Position numbers and translations under genes: made by a program. Positions 59,891-64,000 of a stretch of 64,000 nucleotides of DNA are shown here, in pieces (position 1 is the first letter of the stretch; the number at the start of each line of letters is the position of its first letter). Below the pieces are notes generated by a model that had not been told where the DNA came from, made no database searches, and was given only the letters and a program-made list of their open reading frames with translations. The DNA is from an uncultured Prevotella sp. (GTDB lineage Bacteria > Bacteroidota > Bacteroidia > Bacteroidales > Bacteroidaceae). Location of the stretch: assembly GCA_938028745.1 (NCBI GenBank), contig CALIZL010000019.1, positions 47,193 to 111,192 of the forward strand. The letters are read 5' to 3'.

Positions 59891-60877
59891 ATGGAAATTA
59901 AAGACGGCCAAGGCACAACCAAAGCCCCAGAAGTGCAAGGCCAAGACATATTGAACCGCTTTTTTGAAGAACAATTGCAAGTGTGGCCCGATGCCCAACA
60001 GCGTTTCAACGACTTGAAGGGCGTGTTGTTCAAAGCCGTAACATGCGCAGGCATGCCATTTTACGTGCAATGCAATCCTGCGCGCCTTGTTTCCACTGGC
60101 GCAAAGATTGATAAAGCAGCGCTGGCACAACGTCCCTGCTTTCTATGCGAGGAAAATAGGCCAGCGGTTCAAACGCAAATACCCATCGACAACGACTTCG
60201 AGTTGTTGGTTAACCCTTTCCCCATCCTGCCATTGCATTTCACCATACCCGCAAAAGTTCACCAACCGCAACTTATTCGCGAACACTATGGCAAGATGCG
60301 CCGACTACTTGAATGTTTCGAACACCTTACCGTGTTTTATAATGGGCCAAAATGCGGCGCATCTGCACCCGACCACATGCACCTGCAAGCAGGAACAGGC
60401 ACCCATCTGCCCTTGCGCGACAACTGGGAACAGCTTTACAGCAGTCGCCAAACACTGCTATCCACACCCGACGGCTCTGAACTAGTGGCCATCAACAACT
60501 ATGCTTGCCCTGTATTTGCTATTGTGGGGCGCGACGCCAAGGCCGACATCACACTCTTCGAAACCCTTTATGTGGCCTTACCACAGCGCGAAGACGAAAC
60601 CGAACCGATGTTTAACATCTTGAAATGGCGCGAAGGCGAGATGTATATCACTGCGGTGATACCACGCGACAAACACCGCCCTGCCTGCTATTCGGCCGAA
60701 GGCGACGCGCAAATGCTCATCAGTCCGGGGGCGTTAGACATGGCAGGACTGGTTATTACGCCCCGAAAGGAAGACTTCGAACGCCTAAACACGCCCCTAC
60801 TTGAATCTCTATATAAAGAGGTGGGCATGCCAACGACAACTTTCGAAGACGTGAAACGAAAAATAATGGGAGTATAA
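59891..60877 (+). CDS. DUF4922-like protein with a HIT/GalT-like HxHxQ motif
   Basis: The 328-aa ORF contains APDHMHLQAG (an H-x-H-x-Q histidine-triad-like motif). It lies in a conserved gene order with the downstream SpoIID/LytB and AmpG genes. Confidence 0.65.
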   Translation: MEIKDGQGTTKAPEVQGQDILNRFFEEQLQVWPDAQQRFNDLKGVLFKAVTCAGMPFYVQCNPARLVSTGAKIDKAALAQRPCFLCEENRPAVQTQIPIDNDFELLVNPFPILPLHFTIPAKVHQPQLIREHYGKMRRLLECFEHLTVFYNGPKCGASAPDHMHLQAGTGTHLPLRDNWEQLYSSRQTLLSTPDGSELVAINNYACPVFAIVGRDAKADITLFETLYVALPQREDETEPMFNILKWREGEMYITAVIPRDKHRPACYSAEGDAQMLISPGALDMAGLVITPRKEDFERLNTPLLESLYKEVGMPTTTFEDVKRKIMGV

Positions 60878-61145
60878 TAGAGGAGTTAAGGAGTTAAGGA
60901 GTTAAGCCAAATGCCCGTGAGGCTTTAAGGTTATTTGTTCGTTAGTTAACGAGTAGACAAGTTAACAAGTAGACAAGTAGACAAGTAGACAAGTTAACAA
61001 GTAGACAAGTTAACAAGTAGACAAGTTGACAAGCCAGCAAATAGACGAGATAACGAGATAACAAATTTATATGCGCAGCCATTTTTTCACCTTTTCACCT
61101 TTTCACTCTTTCACCTTTAAAAGCCCTTTCACCTTTAAATAACAA
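60878..61145. repeat. Composite repeat element, copy 5, a short form without cores. Order: (GGAGTTAA)3; (GTAGACAA/GTTAACAA)n; (GATAACGA)2; the conserved GCGCAGCCATTTTTTCACC junction; then (CCTTTTCAC)n running into the SpoIID start codon.
   Basis: The junction sequence gcgcagccattttttcaccttttcac is shared with copies 1 and 3. Confidence 0.85.
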
Positions 61146-61148
61146 CTT

Positions 61149-62477
61149 ATGAACCCAGAATACAACGAAACGCCCCAAGTATCGGTGGGCATTATGAACG
61201 GTACAGAAATCTTTTTTGTGCTAAACACCCCATATAAGGTTAACAACAGCGAAGCACAAGGTCAGCAAACGGTTTGCCTTAACAAAGGCCGCATCGTTTG
61301 GAACGGACAAGAATACGACCAGCTTACCTTCGAACCAACCTCAGCCGAGGCCAATTTCTCGCTCCACAACGTCACCATCGGTGTTAATTTTCATTGGGAA
61401 CAGCAACAAACGCAAACCTTTAAGGGTGCACTGCGCTTTGTGATAGATGACAACAAGATTGTGGCCATCAACCAATTGTCGGTAGAAGACTATCTCGAAA
61501 GCGTCATTTCTAGTGAAATGAGTGCCACATCAAGCCCCGAATTACTGAAAGCCCACGCCGTTATATCGCGCAGTTGGCTATTGGCACAGATACAAAACCG
61601 CGATAAGAAAACCACAACAACAGGTGCTGCGGCCTTTGTAATGAACGAAAACGAAATAGTGAAATGGTACGACCGCGAAGATCACACCCTCTTCGACGTG
61701 TGTGCCGACGACCATTGCCAACGCTACCAAGGCATAACTAAGGCTACAAGCAAGCACGTTGCAGAGGCTGTGCAGGCCACACGCGGACAAGTGTTGCTGT
61801 CAGAAGAGGGAATTTGCGATGCCCGTTTTAGCAAATGCTGCGGCGGAATGGTAGAAGAATACCGCTATTGCTGGGAAGACGAAGACAAGCCTTACCTTAA
61901 AGTGGTGCGCGACTTGCCTAACCCTGCCGTAGACTTAGACCTAACCAACGAAACCAACAGCGAGGCTTGGATACGCTCTACCCCCGATGCGTTCTGCAAT
62001 ACGCGCGATACACGCATCCTCTCGCAGGTGCTTAACGACTTCGACCAAACCACAAAGGACTTCTATCGCTGGCGTTTGGAATATACACAAGCGCAGGTTG
62101 GCGAACTGCTAAAAAAGAAGTTGGGCATTGATTTTGGCCTGATTACGGCCTTCGAACCCATCGAAAGGGGTAAGAGTGGGCGTTTGTCGCGCTTGAAAAT
62201 CGTTGGAACAAAGCGCACACTAACGCTTGGCAAGGAACTGGAAATACGCCGCGCACTTAGCGAAAGCCACCTTTATAGTTCGGCATTCGTGGTAGACGTG
62301 GCCGAACGTGATGCCGAAGGAGTTCCACTTCGTTTCGTCTTCACGGGCGCAGGATGGGGACATGGCGTGGGCTTATGCCAGATTGGGGCGGCTGTGATGG
62401 GCGAAAAAGGGTACGCCTACCATGAGATTTTGACGCATTACTACCCAGGAGCCGAACAAAAACGCCTCTATCCATAG
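61149..62477 (+). CDS. SpoIID/LytB-domain protein (amidase enhancer / lytic transglycosylase-like)
   Basis: The 442-aa ORF has the SpoIID signature region LSVEDYLESVISSEMSATSSPELLKAHAVISRSWLL and the C-terminal motif GHGVGLCQIGA. Confidence 0.85.
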   Translation: MNPEYNETPQVSVGIMNGTEIFFVLNTPYKVNNSEAQGQQTVCLNKGRIVWNGQEYDQLTFEPTSAEANFSLHNVTIGVNFHWEQQQTQTFKGALRFVIDDNKIVAINQLSVEDYLESVISSEMSATSSPELLKAHAVISRSWLLAQIQNRDKKTTTTGAAAFVMNENEIVKWYDREDHTLFDVCADDHCQRYQGITKATSKHVAEAVQATRGQVLLSEEGICDARFSKCCGGMVEEYRYCWEDEDKPYLKVVRDLPNPAVDLDLTNETNSEAWIRSTPDAFCNTRDTRILSQVLNDFDQTTKDFYRWRLEYTQAQVGELLKKKLGIDFGLITAFEPIERGKSGRLSRLKIVGTKRTLTLGKELEIRRALSESHLYSSAFVVDVAERDAEGVPLRFVFTGAGWGHGVGLCQIGAAVMGEKGYAYHEILTHYYPGAEQKRLYP

Positions 62478-62479
62478 AT

Positions 62480-62650
62480 AGATGTTTAAGGATATGAGTT
62501 GTTGAGGTTGCTGAATTGCTGAGTTGTTGAGTTCGTGAGGTATTGAATTGTAGAACTCAATGTTGTTCACAATAAAACTCACAGACTAAACAACTCACAA
62601 ACTCAGCAACTCACGTACTCAGCAACTCACGAGCTTATAAACTCATAAAC
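62480..62650. repeat. Composite repeat element, copy 6, a short inverted form. GAGTTGNT-type 8-mers run 62495-62560 and their reverse complement (AACTCACA/AACTCAGC) runs 62565-62650. Together they form a long imperfect palindrome.
   Basis: This is read directly: gagttgttgaggttgctgaattgctgagttgttgagttcgtgag ... ctcacaaactcagcaactcacgtactcagcaactcacgag. Confidence 0.75.
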
Positions 62651-62654
62651 TAAC

Positions 62655-63989
62655 ATGACCACAGGCAAAGAAACACCGTGGAGATGGGTGCCATCAATAT
62701 ACTTCGGCACAGGAACAGCACAAGCCGCCATCGCCACACTTGCGCTTTTGCTCTACAAACAACTGGGATTGAGCAACGCAGAGATAACCCTCTATACGGG
62801 GTTGTTGTTTCTGCCGTGGCTGTTACGCCCGCTGTGGTCGCCGTTCTTAGGCCTATTACGCACCCCACGTTGGTGGATTGTGTCCATGCAACTGATGCTT
62901 GGCGTTGCCTTGGGTGGTGTTGCCTTCACCATTCCCACCGCCCATTGGCTGCAAGGTACGTTCGCTTTTCTGGGGCTATTGTCCCTCGCCTTAGCCGTTC
63001 ACGAGACAGAAGCCGACGTGTTTTACCACGATACGGTTATGGGCAGCACGCGTTCGGGCCTTTCTAGCATGCCAAACACATTCCGTTTGCTGGCCTTTAT
63101 CTTCGTTCAAGGTTTCTTGGTGATGGTGGCAGGCAACCTACAACTGCTCTATCGCAATAGCATCAGCCTATCGTGGAGCCTTATTTTCTATTCCGTTGCA
63201 GGCCTTTTCATTCTTTCATGGCTATGGCACCGCACGGCGTTGCCCAGTCCTTATAACGAGTCCATCCACCTTTTAAGGCGGCAACAGCGGCGCGAACAAT
63301 TTGCAGAACGTTGGCAAGAGGTGAAGAAAGACATCTTTTCGCTCTTCGCCCAACATCCACGCCAACAACTTGCAGCCACGTTTTGTTTCACGTTCTGTTT
63401 TTTATTGCCCGAAACACTCACGTCGAAAGTGGCCATGCTCTTTCTTGTAGACTCCAATCACAATGGCGGACTGGGACTGTCGCCACAAGAATTTGGCCTT
63501 ACTTGTGGCACTGTGGGCGTTGTAGGACTTATCGCCGGCAGCTTGTTGGGCAAGGCTATCATTGCCGCAAAAGGCTTACGAACCATCGTTTTGCCCTTAT
63601 CTGTGGCCATTTTACTGCCCAATGCACTATATGTTTTGCTTAGCGAGACCCAGCCAACAAGCCTAGGCATTATTAACCTTTGCATCTTTATCGGACAAAC
63701 GAGCTTAGGTTTGGCCTTAGTTACCTATTGGACGGCTTTGAAAACCATCAGCAAAGCTTTGGGCAACCATTCCGTTTACATCTTCCTTACAGCCGTTTTG
63801 GCGTTGGCCCAAATGGTTCCCGGCATGTTTTCGGGTGCATTTCAAGAGTGGCTTGGCTACAACAACCTCTTCTTAATAGCCCTCGCTTGCGGCGTTCTCT
63901 CGCTAACGGGATGCGTTTGGATAAGGCCCATGTTGCTAAACAAAAGCAAAGCCGATACAGAAAACAACAAAAACATAGACTTCTCTTAA
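62655..63989 (+). CDS. ampG: AmpG-family MFS transporter (muropeptide permease-like)
   Basis: The 444-aa ORF has 12-14 TM segments and an AmpG-like N-terminus (IYFGTGTAQAAIATLALLLYKQLGLSNAEITLYTGLLFLPWLLRPLWSPFLG). Confidence 0.75.
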   Translation: MTTGKETPWRWVPSIYFGTGTAQAAIATLALLLYKQLGLSNAEITLYTGLLFLPWLLRPLWSPFLGLLRTPRWWIVSMQLMLGVALGGVAFTIPTAHWLQGTFAFLGLLSLALAVHETEADVFYHDTVMGSTRSGLSSMPNTFRLLAFIFVQGFLVMVAGNLQLLYRNSISLSWSLIFYSVAGLFILSWLWHRTALPSPYNESIHLLRRQQRREQFAERWQEVKKDIFSLFAQHPRQQLAATFCFTFCFLLPETLTSKVAMLFLVDSNHNGGLGLSPQEFGLTCGTVGVVGLIAGSLLGKAIIAAKGLRTIVLPLSVAILLPNALYVLLSETQPTSLGIINLCIFIGQTSLGLALVTYWTALKTISKALGNHSVYIFLTAVLALAQMVPGMFSGAFQEWLGYNNLFLIALACGVLSLTGCVWIRPMLLNKSKADTENNKNIDFS

Positions 63990-64000
63990 ACCCAAATCGG

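Overview
This window looks like a Bacteroidales chromosome segment, probably Prevotella-like, because several secreted enzymes carry type IX secretion system (T9SS) C-terminal sorting domains (CTDs). From position 1 to 14.9 kb, on the minus strand, there is a glycan-degradation cluster. It contains a GH43::aldose-1-epimerase fusion, a hybrid two-component sensor (HTCS), an unknown secreted 664-aa protein, an IPT/TIG-NHL lipoprotein, an endonuclease/exonuclease/phosphatase (EEP) family lipoprotein, a GH43 with a T9SS CTD, and a glutaminase-A-like ~900-aa protein with a T9SS CTD. A divergent 919-aa T9SS cargo protein with an internal ~390-aa duplication lies at 15.2-17.9 kb. A classical IPT/TIG - SusC - SusD - SusE-position lipoprotein operon on the plus strand lies at 19.6-27.4 kb. 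A tmRNA gene (ssrA, tag peptide GENNYALAA) lies at 27991-28390 on the minus strand. It is followed directly by a minus-strand capsule/O-antigen-type locus at 28.5-46 kb: Wzx, a WbuB-like GT4, a UDP-L-FucNAc/L-QuiNAc-type three-enzyme set, several GTs, a Wzy/EpsG-like protein, Wzz, a Wza-like exporter, a lipocalin-like protein and a Wzi-like protein. An esterase and a flotillin follow. At 51.6-54.0 kb there is a tandem array of three paralogous lipoproteins. Beyond that lie WecA-like and PglC-like initiating transferases, an outer-membrane β-barrel protein, and a DUF4922 - SpoIID/LytB - AmpG cluster. The most unusual feature is a family of large composite intergenic repeat elements present in at least six copies. 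Each is built from 9-mer (GGTGAAAAG)n, 8-mer (GAGTTNNT / GATAACGA / AACTAGAA)n and 22-mer tandem arrays around a conserved ~500-bp non-coding core. One copy contains a ~770-bp, ~97-unit 8-mer array. I could not match this family to any described element from memory.
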